The translations under genes were made by a program, and so were the position numbers. Under the pieces are notes generated by a model. That model was not told the origin of the DNA. It worked only from the letters and a program-made list of their open reading frames with translations, and searched no databases. From Bacteriovoracaceae bacterium (GTDB lineage: Bacteria > Bdellovibrionota > Bacteriovoracia > Bacteriovoracales > Bacteriovoracaceae): a stretch of 39,214 bases of DNA. The stretch's first letter is position 1. Every line of letters starts with the position of its first letter. Positions 28,002 through 37,229 of this stretch are shown here, one piece after another. Where the stretch lies: positions 1 to 39,214 of the forward strand of contig JABIHA010000130.1 in assembly GCA_018649885.1 (NCBI GenBank), given 5' to 3'.

Positions 28002-28790
28002 ATGAAAAACCTAGGGAATTTAGAGAAATATCACCTTGAAGTCACCAAAATTTACCTAAATTCTGGTAAGCCGCTTAATAGAGAGCGAGAAAAATATCTA
28101 CAAGAAAATAACTACAAAACTAAGTACCGCTTATACAATTTAGATGAAAAAAAATTTTCAAAATCAATTGGGAGTGGGTATTCGTTTTCAGACTATGATT
28201 TTAAAGATCAAGCAAGGATTTGGTCTTATATTTTTAAGAAAACGCAGTATATGGGAATAGGTCATTTGGCCATTTCACATTTTAAAAAGTTCCAAGCAAA
28301 GAAAACACATTCATTGTACCAATATTGGCCACTGCTCAAGACTTGGGCGGCTTCCATTGAAAATTGGGCCCATGCCGATATGTTGGCCTCAATATATTGT
28401 GATATTTTAAGTGAAGCACCAGATAAGGTTTACCCTGAATTTAAAAAATGGTCTAAACAAAGATCTCCCTGGAAAAATAGAATGGCCATTGTGAGCCTGC
28501 TTTATTATTACAATCCAAAGAGGGTGCTATTAAAGTTTGAAGACATCATCGCACTCGTCCTGCCTCATTTGAAAAATAATCATTACTACCTACAAAAGGC
28601 AATAGGGTGGAATTTAAGAGAGCTATCACGTGCCTATCCTAAAGAGTATTGGAAATTTTTAAATAAGAATTTACTAGATTTAAGCCCGGTTGCATTTTCA
28701 ACAGCAACAGAGAAAGTTTCTAAGGACAAAAAAGTGCCTTTGAAATTAAAGAGAAAAGAAGCTAGGAAATTAAATCGAGGACGCGCTTAA
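28002..28790 (+). CDS. DNA alkylation repair protein (AlkD-like HEAT-repeat glycosylase)
   Basis: IENWAHAD, W....SPWKNRMAIV, HYYLQKAIGWNLRE. Confidence 0.88.
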   Translation: MKNLGNLEKYHLEVTKIYLNSGKPLNREREKYLQENNYKTKYRLYNLDEKKFSKSIGSGYSFSDYDFKDQARIWSYIFKKTQYMGIGHLAISHFKKFQAKKTHSLYQYWPLLKTWAASIENWAHADMLASIYCDILSEAPDKVYPEFKKWSKQRSPWKNRMAIVSLLYYYNPKRVLLKFEDIIALVLPHLKNNHYYLQKAIGWNLRELSRAYPKEYWKFLNKNLLDLSPVAFSTATEKVSKDKKVPLKLKRKEARKLNRGRA

Positions 28791-29699
28791 ATGTACCGAG
28801 TTCCCATAGAATATGAAGGCAGGATCTATCGACCACCTTCAGAAGCTCGAAGCCTGCTAATTCAGGTTACAGTGGGCTGTAGTAACAATAAGTGCACCTA
28901 TTGTGCTATGTATGCTGACAAGGTCTATCGTGAACGCTCTATCTCAGAGATTTCGAGTGATATAAAAAAGGCCAAGTGGTATTCTGATCAAACAAATATG
29001 ACACCTCAGAAAATATTTTTGTGTGATGGAGATGCTCTTGGCAGCTCTATGGAATTACTAACACAAGTTTTAGACGAAATTGGTGAATATTTTCCTGACG
29101 TGCGAAGAATAGGCATTTACGCCACTGCTGAAAATATACTTAAGAAAACTGATGATGAATTGAAATTACTTGTCAGCAAAAAACTGTCCATCGCCTATCT
29201 GGGGATGGAGTCGGGAAATGATCAGGTTTTAAAGTTAGTAGTTAAAGGAAATACCTCCAGTGATATGGTTGATGCTGGCCAAAAAGTGAGGGCAGCGGGA
29301 TTTAAACTCTCTGTCATCGCTATGCTAGGACTGGGAGGGACAAAATTTAGTGAAGCTCACTGCACTGATACGGCGAAGGCCATCTCTAAAATGAGTCCTG
29401 AGTATTTTTCTTTTTTAACCACCACTCCTATTCCAGGCACACCTTATGCCCGCATGAGCGAGAGAGATTCGTGGCAAAAATTATCGGACAGGGAGCTGCT
29501 TTTGGAAATGCGAGATATTATTTCTCAGATCAACCCACAAAAGGGACGCATCATTTTTCGGGCAAATCACGTTTCCAATCTTCATCAACTAGCAGGGATA
29601 CTACCTCAAGATAAGCCTGTTTTACTTGCAAATTTAGACCACTGGATTTCGGAGTGTCCGAGGGACAGATTTTCACAAGCAGATCCCGATCAACTGTAA
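28791..29699 (+). CDS. Radical SAM protein (RPPSEA family)
   Basis: YRPPSEA.SLLIQVTVGCSNNKCTYC (CX4CX2C), FLCDGDAL, YLGMESG, FRANH.SN. Confidence 0.92.
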   Translation: MYRVPIEYEGRIYRPPSEARSLLIQVTVGCSNNKCTYCAMYADKVYRERSISEISSDIKKAKWYSDQTNMTPQKIFLCDGDALGSSMELLTQVLDEIGEYFPDVRRIGIYATAENILKKTDDELKLLVSKKLSIAYLGMESGNDQVLKLVVKGNTSSDMVDAGQKVRAAGFKLSVIAMLGLGGTKFSEAHCTDTAKAISKMSPEYFSFLTTTPIPGTPYARMSERDSWQKLSDRELLLEMRDIISQINPQKGRIIFRANHVSNLHQLAGILPQDKPVLLANLDHWISECPRDRFSQADPDQL

Positions 29700-29785
29700 A
29701 ATTCAGGCATCCAGCACTTAATAAAAATAAACTAATTAATGCGGGTGTTTGCACTTATATGCATGCTTAATGTACCATTAAGCTC

Positions 29786-30619
29786 ATGCTACATTTTGTA
29801 ATTGGGGATATTCACGGCTGCTTTGAGGAACTTTTGTTACTTGAGGACAAAATTCAGCGAGCAGCAGCCAGAGAGAAACGAAAGTTTACAGTAGTTTCGG
29901 TAGGGGACCTAATTGATAGAGGCCCACAGTCTAAAGAAGTTGTTCAACATTTTATGGATGGAAAAAAGCTTGGACATCATCAAGCAGTGATGGGCAATCA
30001 TGAACTTGATTTTATTAGATACCTAAGGGATGAACATTCAACTTGGTTTCAACAAAATAAACTAAGAGCTCCAAGTTATTCCAACTCACCGAGTGAATTA
30101 TATCAGTCGAGTCGCTGGGCAAAGAGTCTTACTCGGGAAGAGCATCCGGTTCTACTTAAAGCATTTTGGTTGTCCCAGGGAGGTATTGAGACCCTTCAAA
30201 GCTATGGGGTAAATCTGCGAGGGCCTTGTTATAAAAACCTATCTCCTGATCACATTAAATACCTTTCACAACTTCCCCTTTTTTATGAGGCGAAATCTTT
30301 CATTGTCACCCATGCACTACCAAAGAAAAGTGACTTTGATAGTGTTAAAAAATATTTTGAAGGTAAAGTACGACTCAATAAAGATATTAAAAAATCTTGC
30401 TACAGTATCTTTTGGAATCGGGATCACCATGGAGTAATGGGAATTGGTAGAAAGACTTTAATTTCTGGGCATACCCCATACAAAAATCCTCGTCGTGCTC
30501 TTGCGGGAAGTGTTCTTCAGATTGATACTCATTGTTTTAGCGGTGGAAAGTTAACGGCCTATTGTCCAGAGTTGAATCGCTTTTATTCGGTTAAGGCAAA
30601 AAGAAAGTACCATCTGTAA
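29786..30619 (+). CDS. PPP-family metallophosphoesterase (Ser/Thr phosphatase-like)
   Basis: GDIHG, GDLIDRG, GNHE, THA, GHTP, IDT. Confidence 0.93.
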   Translation: MLHFVIGDIHGCFEELLLLEDKIQRAAAREKRKFTVVSVGDLIDRGPQSKEVVQHFMDGKKLGHHQAVMGNHELDFIRYLRDEHSTWFQQNKLRAPSYSNSPSELYQSSRWAKSLTREEHPVLLKAFWLSQGGIETLQSYGVNLRGPCYKNLSPDHIKYLSQLPLFYEAKSFIVTHALPKKSDFDSVKKYFEGKVRLNKDIKKSCYSIFWNRDHHGVMGIGRKTLISGHTPYKNPRRALAGSVLQIDTHCFSGGKLTAYCPELNRFYSVKAKRKYHL

Positions 30620-30658
30620 TTGGTAATTCTAGTTGAGAATTAAAAGATAGTCGTACAA

Positions 30659-31846
30659 TTAGTTTTTTAAAGCAACGATTGCACAACTGCGAGGAGAAAT
30701 ACTTGGGTCGAAAACCTCAACGATTTCTACACAGTAATTTTTTTCTTGAAGAAAAAGGGCCCGGTCACAAAGAATATACAATTCAACTAGCTTTCCTAAG
30801 TATCTTTGAATTGCATAAAAGACAGACAAGTAATCATTGAGATTTTTATTGGCCTCACTTTCGTAAAACTGTTGAACGATCTCTTTACCCGGAGTTGCAA
30901 TTTCAGGAAAATACTTCTTTAAACAAATTTCGAGGTAATCGCTGAATTTATTCTTGTAAAGGCTGTTCCTAGCATTACTCATAGAGCAAAAGCCTAAATG
31001 GTCATAGCTTTTGAACAACCAGTGATAAAATGAGAATTTATAGTTCATAATCTTTTTTCGGTATTCATAAAACTCAACTGGCACACAATTAAAAGATTGA
31101 GTAGCGCTTGAGAGGGCCCTCTGGTTGAGGTGCAAAGAGCTGTCGCTAGCACTCGATAAATTGTAGTCATTGTCTTTGATTTTTGAGTAACAGCAGCCAA
31201 AGTTGATGATTTTTTTCATCCTATTGTCTATACAGATTCGAAACATATCGGTAGCAAAATTTCCACAAGTGTGAAGTCCAATGGCAAGCTCAGAGTTTGA
31301 AATATTTGGGCCAGCTTCATCATTTGAAACATGACAATGGGTGAAGTTAACTCGACTATTCAACTTTTTTAATTTTGAGCGACCTTTTTCAACCAGTGCT
31401 AAATCTTTTTCGAGAACAGTTACATCCATAGAAAGATGTCCCTCTAAAAAATAGGCCAGGTTGCCGACTCCGCCCCCGAAATCAACAATAGATCTTCCTC
31501 TGTCATGGTCAAGAAATGAATAGAGTTGATTTAATTCATGCTGCTTTTTAATATTTCCAAATGCTTTAACTTCATTTTGATTTTTTGCTGACCTTTTAAA
31601 TCTCGACAATTCTTCAATATCACTAGTGAGCTGAAGCCATTCACTATCTTGTAATAACGTGTGTTCCCTAAAAGCATCGAAACGAGTTAATTCGCTGCTA
31701 TTTAATTCTAGAAGAGCGTTGGTCCACTTATGATCTACTCTCTTGCCCTGAATTACATCTAAATCCGATTGAGAGAGTAGTGGTAAGTATTTATTGAGAA
31801 GAGTGGCAATCTTTTTTAATCTATCGTTTAAATCCAAATTATTCAC
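30659..31846 (-). CDS. SAM methyltransferase, Methyltransf_32 (METTL25/RRNAD1-like)
   Basis: KKQHEL, IVDFGGGVGNLA, IGLHTCGN, GCCY, DRALFLQE, FDPSISPR. Start likely GTG 31846, overlapping the GST stop. Confidence 0.85.
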   Translation of the reverse strand: MNNLDLNDRLKKIATLLNKYLPLLSQSDLDVIQGKRVDHKWTNALLELNSSELTRFDAFREHTLLQDSEWLQLTSDIEELSRFKRSAKNQNEVKAFGNIKKQHELNQLYSFLDHDRGRSIVDFGGGVGNLAYFLEGHLSMDVTVLEKDLALVEKGRSKLKKLNSRVNFTHCHVSNDEAGPNISNSELAIGLHTCGNFATDMFRICIDNRMKKIINFGCCYSKIKDNDYNLSSASDSSLHLNQRALSSATQSFNCVPVEFYEYRKKIMNYKFSFYHWLFKSYDHLGFCSMSNARNSLYKNKFSDYLEICLKKYFPEIATPGKEIVQQFYESEANKNLNDYLSVFYAIQRYLGKLVELYILCDRALFLQEKNYCVEIVEVFDPSISPRSCAIVALKN

Positions 31847-32450
31847 ATAGTTTTTTATACTTTGCGAAGGCAGGACGCTCAGAAATGGCACCACGCCAAG
31901 CACTGATATTTTTATACTCTTCGAGTGAGTATCCTATGAGGTCACAAATTTCTACAACGCTTGCTGTATTTAAGTCAGCTAATGTGAAAACGCTACCAGC
32001 AAGGTATTTAGAATTACACAATGTGGTATCGATTGTGTTTAAAAGCGATGGCAATTTTGCCTTTGCTTTTTCAATGACTTCTTCACTTCTTCTTTCTTCT
32101 GGAACAAATACTAATTGTATAAATGCTTCAATCAAAGGAGGTTGAAGTTCACCAATTGACCAGATACTCCATTGGTAAGAAAGCCCTTTTTGCTCTGGAG
32201 TGGTACCAAGAAGCTCAGGCTTGTACTTTTCAGCTAGATATAGATTAATGCCCATGGACTCCCAAATGGTAAAATCACCATCTACAAGTACTGGCACTTT
32301 ACCGTTTGGATTAACTTTTAAAAATTCCTCTGATTTATGCTCATTTGCTTTAAAGTCTACAGGTTTGTTGGCATATTCTGCTCCGACCTCTTCTAATGTC
32401 CAAAAACATCTTCCAGAGCTTGATCTCGGTGAGCCGTAAATTGTTATCAT
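31839..32450 (-). CDS. Glutathione S-transferase family protein
   Basis: WTLEE, NPNGKVPVL.DGD..IWES, FTLADLN. Confidence 0.95.
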   Translation of the reverse strand: MITIYGSPRSSSGRCFWTLEEVGAEYANKPVDFKANEHKSEEFLKVNPNGKVPVLVDGDFTIWESMGINLYLAEKYKPELLGTTPEQKGLSYQWSIWSIGELQPPLIEAFIQLVFVPEERRSEEVIEKAKAKLPSLLNTIDTTLCNSKYLAGSVFTLADLNTASVVEICDLIGYSLEEYKNISAWRGAISERPAFAKYKKLCE

Positions 32451-32687
32451 CTATTTCTCCAATGCGATAAATTTCTTATTAGTGGGGTTTCTAGGTTAAA
32501 GAGGATAAAAACTTAAACTAATTATGTCCAACATAATCGGTGGATTTATCTTCGATTTGCCCTGCTTTTTAGGGGAATTGCTCTGTGAAATTAGATAGAT
32601 AAGTGTTTGCCGCTATCACCATATGATTTTTGTATTTATTGAAGCTTTTCTGAGGTAACTATACCAAAAGATTCCGAGGTTAATGCG

Positions 32688-33095
32688 ATGAAGATAAAAG
32701 TTGAACTTGTTAAATACGATACCGAAAAAACGAAAAAAAGAAAAAGAGCTAATCTTTTAGTCGAGGCCAAAAGTGAAGAAGCCGTAATAGAAAAATTAGA
32801 AAAAATCCACAAGGGCGATAAAGTTAAGTCTATTCATGAAATTGTTTGGGGCGAAAACCAAACTAATGAAAAAGATCAAGCTGCCATTATTACCGGAACA
32901 GTCAAATTCTTTGATGAAGAAAAAGGTTTTGGATTCATTAGCCCTGACGCCGATATGGAGGATTTATTCTTCCATGCATCTGCTTTAGGCGGCGAAACTA
33001 TTTATGATGATGACTTTGTTCAGTTTCAGGCAAGCCAAGGCCCAAAAGGAATGATTGCCATTCACATTAAATTAGCGAACCAAGACGAAAAATAG
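32688..33095 (+). CDS. Cold-shock domain protein with a 65-aa N-terminal extra domain
   Basis: TGTVKFFDEEKGFGFI (RNP1), DLFFHAS (RNP2), GPKG. Confidence 0.9.
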   Translation: MKIKVELVKYDTEKTKKRKRANLLVEAKSEEAVIEKLEKIHKGDKVKSIHEIVWGENQTNEKDQAAIITGTVKFFDEEKGFGFISPDADMEDLFFHASALGGETIYDDDFVQFQASQGPKGMIAIHIKLANQDEK

Positions 33096-33119
33096 ATTTC
33101 AACACCATTTCTACTGGTG

Positions 33120-33149
33120 AAGCCTGTAGTGATCAACAACCCCAGGCTT
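33120..33149. terminator. Stem-loop between convergent genes
   Basis: AAGCCTG...CAGGCTT inverted repeat. Confidence 0.4.
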
Positions 33150-33205
33150 TACTCCGCCGTGAATTGAAGGTTGGTAACTTCCGCCTCGGAATAATCAGCT
33201 TGCAC

Positions 33206-34360
33206 TTAAAATAGTGGCCAATCACTTCCAGTAATTTCATCGGCTTCATTCAAAGACAGTCCAACTGTCCAATCTCCAAGTGCGCCTAGATCTTCATTCC
33301 AACTAAAGGCACCTATACTATCAGTAAAAGGGAGTTTCGCATTGGGAGTGTGTCCAGAGCTAGGAAGATTTCTGAGCCAATGGGCGATGGCGAGGGTTCC
33401 TAAGTTTGGAAAATGGCGATCGACAATTTCTCCATTTGCTAGCTTAATTTTTAAATTATGAGCAGGAGCTGACCCTAGCGACGGGACTGCCTGTCCTAAA
33501 GCAGCCGTGTAACCACCACTAGTTACGGTTATCGGGATTTTTCTGCGAGTAAGAGGTGATGTGTTAGAAATACTGAGTAAATTGTAGCCAGGGGTAACAA
33601 CTGATTTTGTGTGTCTGAAGTAGGCAACTCCCTCCCAATCACGCACTTCAATGGACCATTCTCCCTCTGCTTCGAAAGTGTAGTAAACACCCTTTGGGTC
33701 TGGACCATAGATAAATAGAAGTGAATAGGTCAGTTTGCCAATATCAGGCTTAGCTACTGTACAAAAAGTTGTATCAAGCCACGAGATATTTCGGAGTGGC
33801 GCTTTTGGTGCAAGAGGTGACATCACCAATCTATTTGGCGTGTTAGAGTAATCATTTCCATCATCTGGAGGGGTGAATTCTTCTATATAAGCACTAAGTA
33901 GAAAACTAAGAGGAGTCTTTATGAATAAATCAGTTTTGACAGGAAAAGTGGTATAGCTATCAAAACACTCATTGGCGCCTGGTACAATCCCAAAACCAGT
34001 CGTTGCTGGAAAGTCAGCATAGACAATAACTTGCTCGCGACCTACTGAATAGCTTCCATAGGTCCCTAAAAGCTCGGGAATATCTACTTCATAAGTAATC
34101 ACATGGGCCGGAATTGAAACATTTCCATTAGATTGATCAACATCCATAGATGCAACCAAGTGGTGTCCCATATGTTTTGTATTGAATATTCCACTTGCTG
34201 TGTGCACTAGGCCTTCGATAGGGGTATTAGTTGATATTTCAAATCTTGAAGCACGTGCCATGGCCCATCCCCGCTTGATGCGAGCAAAGCTCTTGCTCTT
34301 AGCAAAAAGTGGTGGATTTAAAATGCTCATAATTGCAAAAAAAATGACTAACAATCTCAT
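33206..34360 (-). CDS. Secreted beta-rich hypothetical protein
   Basis: AGGAG SD; signal ending LFA; 384 aa. Confidence 0.82.
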   Translation of the reverse strand: MRLLVIFFAIMSILNPPLFAKSKSFARIKRGWAMARASRFEISTNTPIEGLVHTASGIFNTKHMGHHLVASMDVDQSNGNVSIPAHVITYEVDIPELLGTYGSYSVGREQVIVYADFPATTGFGIVPGANECFDSYTTFPVKTDLFIKTPLSFLLSAYIEEFTPPDDGNDYSNTPNRLVMSPLAPKAPLRNISWLDTTFCTVAKPDIGKLTYSLLFIYGPDPKGVYYTFEAEGEWSIEVRDWEGVAYFRHTKSVVTPGYNLLSISNTSPLTRRKIPITVTSGGYTAALGQAVPSLGSAPAHNLKIKLANGEIVDRHFPNLGTLAIAHWLRNLPSSGHTPNAKLPFTDSIGAFSWNEDLGALGDWTVGLSLNEADEITGSDWPLF

Positions 34361-34458
34361 ACTCTACTCCTGGTAGGTAATAAGTAAAATACAAGGAGAT
34401 AGGCTGACAAGTGTTTGGAGCAAAATCTAGACAAAATCAAGCAAAAACTAATAGAAGC

Positions 34459-35358
34459 TTAATGAAATTTCCAAACGAGTATATGACTGACTTTTTGTCC
34501 ATGATGCATCTGAATGGTACTAACGTCTTTGGCACCTGCATTTTTTAGCAGCTGATAAAGCTTCTTTAAGTGCTCTTTTTTTGAAAGAAGAGTCGTGAAT
34601 AGCTTAATTTGGTTTTGGTATAAAATGCTTTCGGTAATCATATTTCCAATAAATTTAAGCTCACCTCCTGGACACCAAAGCTCAGCATTTTTCCCTCCAA
34701 AATTTAAGCCTTCTTTTATTTGATTGGTATCATGGCCTTTTTTTTGTTTATTTTTGATGAGATTTTTTCTTTTGCGTTCAGTCCCTTTGGAAGCGGCTTT
34801 TAAAGATGAATGAAAAGGAGGATTACATATAGTGAAATCAAATTTTTCCTTTCCCTGAATGGTGTTCTTAAAAATATTGGCCGGAGACTTTTGCAGACGA
34901 AGCTCAATTTGGTCTTTTAATTGTGGATTAGAATTAATAATTTTTCTTGAAGACTCAATGGATTTGCTATCAATATCAGTGGCCACAAATTTAAAACCAT
35001 AAACACTGGCGCCAATTATGGGATAAATACATCCTGTCCCGGTGCCAATATCTAGCCCTTTTTGGGGTTTAGTAAGATCTAGAAGATCTGCTAAATAGTG
35101 AATATAGTCGGCCCTTCCAGGAATAGGTGGACAGAGACGGCCTTGAGGGATTGACCAACTCTCAATTTGGTAGAAATGAGAAAGTAGTGCACTGTTTAAT
35201 GCCAAGACAGAATTAGGGTTTGAGAAATCAATAGTTTTATCACCATATTGATTAGTGAATACAAACTCAGAAAGGCCTGAAGAGGATTCTATTAAAGCAT
35301 CAAAGTCGTATCTCTGATTATGTATGTTTCGAGGGTGCAGGCCCTTAGACTTAGTCAT
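34459..35358 (-). CDS. rlmF: 23S rRNA m6A1618 methyltransferase
   Basis: LHPRN.H..RYDF, LCPPIPGRADYIH, LDIGTG..CIYP, CNPPFH, LNFGG...ELWC.GGE. Start ATG 35358. Confidence 0.95.
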   Translation of the reverse strand: MTKSKGLHPRNIHNQRYDFDALIESSSGLSEFVFTNQYGDKTIDFSNPNSVLALNSALLSHFYQIESWSIPQGRLCPPIPGRADYIHYLADLLDLTKPQKGLDIGTGTGCIYPIIGASVYGFKFVATDIDSKSIESSRKIINSNPQLKDQIELRLQKSPANIFKNTIQGKEKFDFTICNPPFHSSLKAASKGTERKRKNLIKNKQKKGHDTNQIKEGLNFGGKNAELWCPGGELKFIGNMITESILYQNQIKLFTTLLSKKEHLKKLYQLLKNAGAKDVSTIQMHHGQKVSHILVWKFH

Positions 35359-35502
35359 ATGGTTATTTACATAAACTTGACCGATTAGGCACGTCGATTC
35401 TGGACCCTTCATAATGCTCTGCATTTCTGTTTATTAGGCCATAAGCTTAACAATGCAATTGAGTAAAAACAGTGCTAGATTCCGAGCAAAGGAAAGTCTC
35501 TT

Positions 35503-35961
35503 ATGTTGAATAATGATGTTTTAAGACGAGTTCGCTATATTTTAGATCTCAGTGATAAAAGGATGATAGAAATCTTTGGATTCGCAGATTTTGAGGTATC
35601 AAGAGAGAAAGTAAGCAATTGGTTAAAAAAAGATGATGACTCCGATTATCAAAGTTGCAAGGACGTAGAGCTTGCAACTTTTTTAAATGGTTTGATTATT
35701 GATAGGCGTGGAAAAAGGGAGGGCGAACAACCCAAACCTGAAAAGGATTTAACCAATAACATTGTGTTCAAAAAATTAACTATCGCCTTTAACCTTAAGT
35801 CAGAAGATGTGATAAAGATTATGGAGCTAGCAGACCTACGAGTCAGCAAACATGAATTGAGTGCCTTTTTTAGAAAGCCTAGTCACAAAAACTATCGAGA
35901 ATGCAAAGCTCAAATCTTACGGAATTTCCTTACTGGGTTACAATTTAAATTTAGGTCCTGA
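35503..35961 (+). CDS. yehS: DUF1456 family protein (YehS)
   Basis: NNDVLRRVRY, FLNGLI...RG, NNIVFKKL.IA, SKHELSAFFRK..HKNYREC. Confidence 0.92.
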   Translation: MLNNDVLRRVRYILDLSDKRMIEIFGFADFEVSREKVSNWLKKDDDSDYQSCKDVELATFLNGLIIDRRGKREGEQPKPEKDLTNNIVFKKLTIAFNLKSEDVIKIMELADLRVSKHELSAFFRKPSHKNYRECKAQILRNFLTGLQFKFRS

Positions 35962-36063
35962 TCCATGAACCACTTTTACTTGATAAATATTGACGACTTC
36001 AAATGCTAGGTAATATGTAGAAGGCAGCAACGGATTTACCATTAATAACTGAGGTAGCAGGTT

Positions 36064-37008
36064 ATGAAATATATATTTTTTCTTTTGTTTTCGACTCTAC
36101 TTTTGACCACTGAATTATATTCAAAAGAAACTTGCGGTGCGGATCTGTTTCATAATTTCCCACAAAATCACCAAGAAGTAATGAAAGATGCAAAGTATGG
36201 AGCAGCCAGTGTAGCACTTCCACTCCATGCATGTGTTTTAGAAAATATCACCTATATGGGAACTACCGATACTTCTTCTGTTCAAAAAATAATAGATCAG
36301 GAACTTAAAACTCATGGCTCAACGAAAACTCTTTGGGCCCTACCTTTTCCGGCACAGAGATCCCCCGTTTTTTTGTATGTTTTAAACTACAAAAAAGCAT
36401 CATTAAATCCATATCGTGAAGTGGCCATAGTTGTGGCAACTGCAGAAAATAAAGCTATCTATGATGAGTTTAAAAAATATAGTGTGGCCAGAAAATGGTC
36501 AGAGTTTTTTAAAGCGACTAAATTTAAGACAGGATATTCAAAACTTGAAAATACAGCAGATGTTTTAGGGTTAGAAAAAAATGGAATAAAGCTTTTGATT
36601 TTAAAGATCTATCTCGACAAAAAATATCCTATTGAAGTAGGGAACAAAATTTGGAAAATGGGTAAAAAATCAGTCTCAAATATTAATATTTCCAAAAAAG
36701 GATTAGTTGGGGAATGGTCAATTTCAGAAGGTTCAAATGTATTTAAGCAAAAAATATTTGGCGTAGGTATCCTTCCGGCCATAAAGTTTAGTTTCTCTTA
36801 TTTCAGCCACACTGTTGGTGGTGAGTATGTGCCAGCAATATTTGAAGGAAAGGGCTATTTTGGAACTTTTATGGGAAATAAAAAGACATTTTTAGACCAA
36901 AACTCAACCCAATTGGGAAGAGATCTTAATGCTCTCAACTTCAAACCTATGTCTTGGTTCTACTTCCCCAAAGGACGTGGCGTATTTTTTCACGTCAATG
37001 GTCTTTAA
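36064..37008 (+). CDS. Secreted acetoacetate decarboxylase-like superfamily protein
   Basis: Signal peptide; Y....LNPYREVAIV and IYLD...PIEVGNKIWKMGKK resemble the ADC G.Y.E and GRE.WG.PK motifs. Confidence 0.6.
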   Translation: MKYIFFLLFSTLLLTTELYSKETCGADLFHNFPQNHQEVMKDAKYGAASVALPLHACVLENITYMGTTDTSSVQKIIDQELKTHGSTKTLWALPFPAQRSPVFLYVLNYKKASLNPYREVAIVVATAENKAIYDEFKKYSVARKWSEFFKATKFKTGYSKLENTADVLGLEKNGIKLLILKIYLDKKYPIEVGNKIWKMGKKSVSNINISKKGLVGEWSISEGSNVFKQKIFGVGILPAIKFSFSYFSHTVGGEYVPAIFEGKGYFGTFMGNKKTFLDQNSTQLGRDLNALNFKPMSWFYFPKGRGVFFHVNGL

Positions 37009-37037
37009 TAATGCCCGCATTTCTGCTCAGTAGGACA

Positions 37038-37061
37038 TAGCAGACTTACGTGTCAGCAAAC
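37038..37061 (+). repeat. 22/24-nt copy of an internal yehS segment (35828-35851)
   Basis: TAGCAGACtTACGtGTCAGCAAAC versus TAGCAGACcTACGaGTCAGCAAAC. Confidence 0.8.
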
Positions 37062-37229
37062 CCTACTAGTCTTTTGCCATCAAAATTTGGCGATTTTCCA
37101 TACAAAATTTATTGAATTTTCAGGCCATCAATAGCTTGGAATAGGCTATCAGCCTTCTTTTGAAAATCCCTTATAATTAACGGGCTTAAACTATTTATAT
37201 GTGGTCACATAAAGAGGAACATTGAGCGA

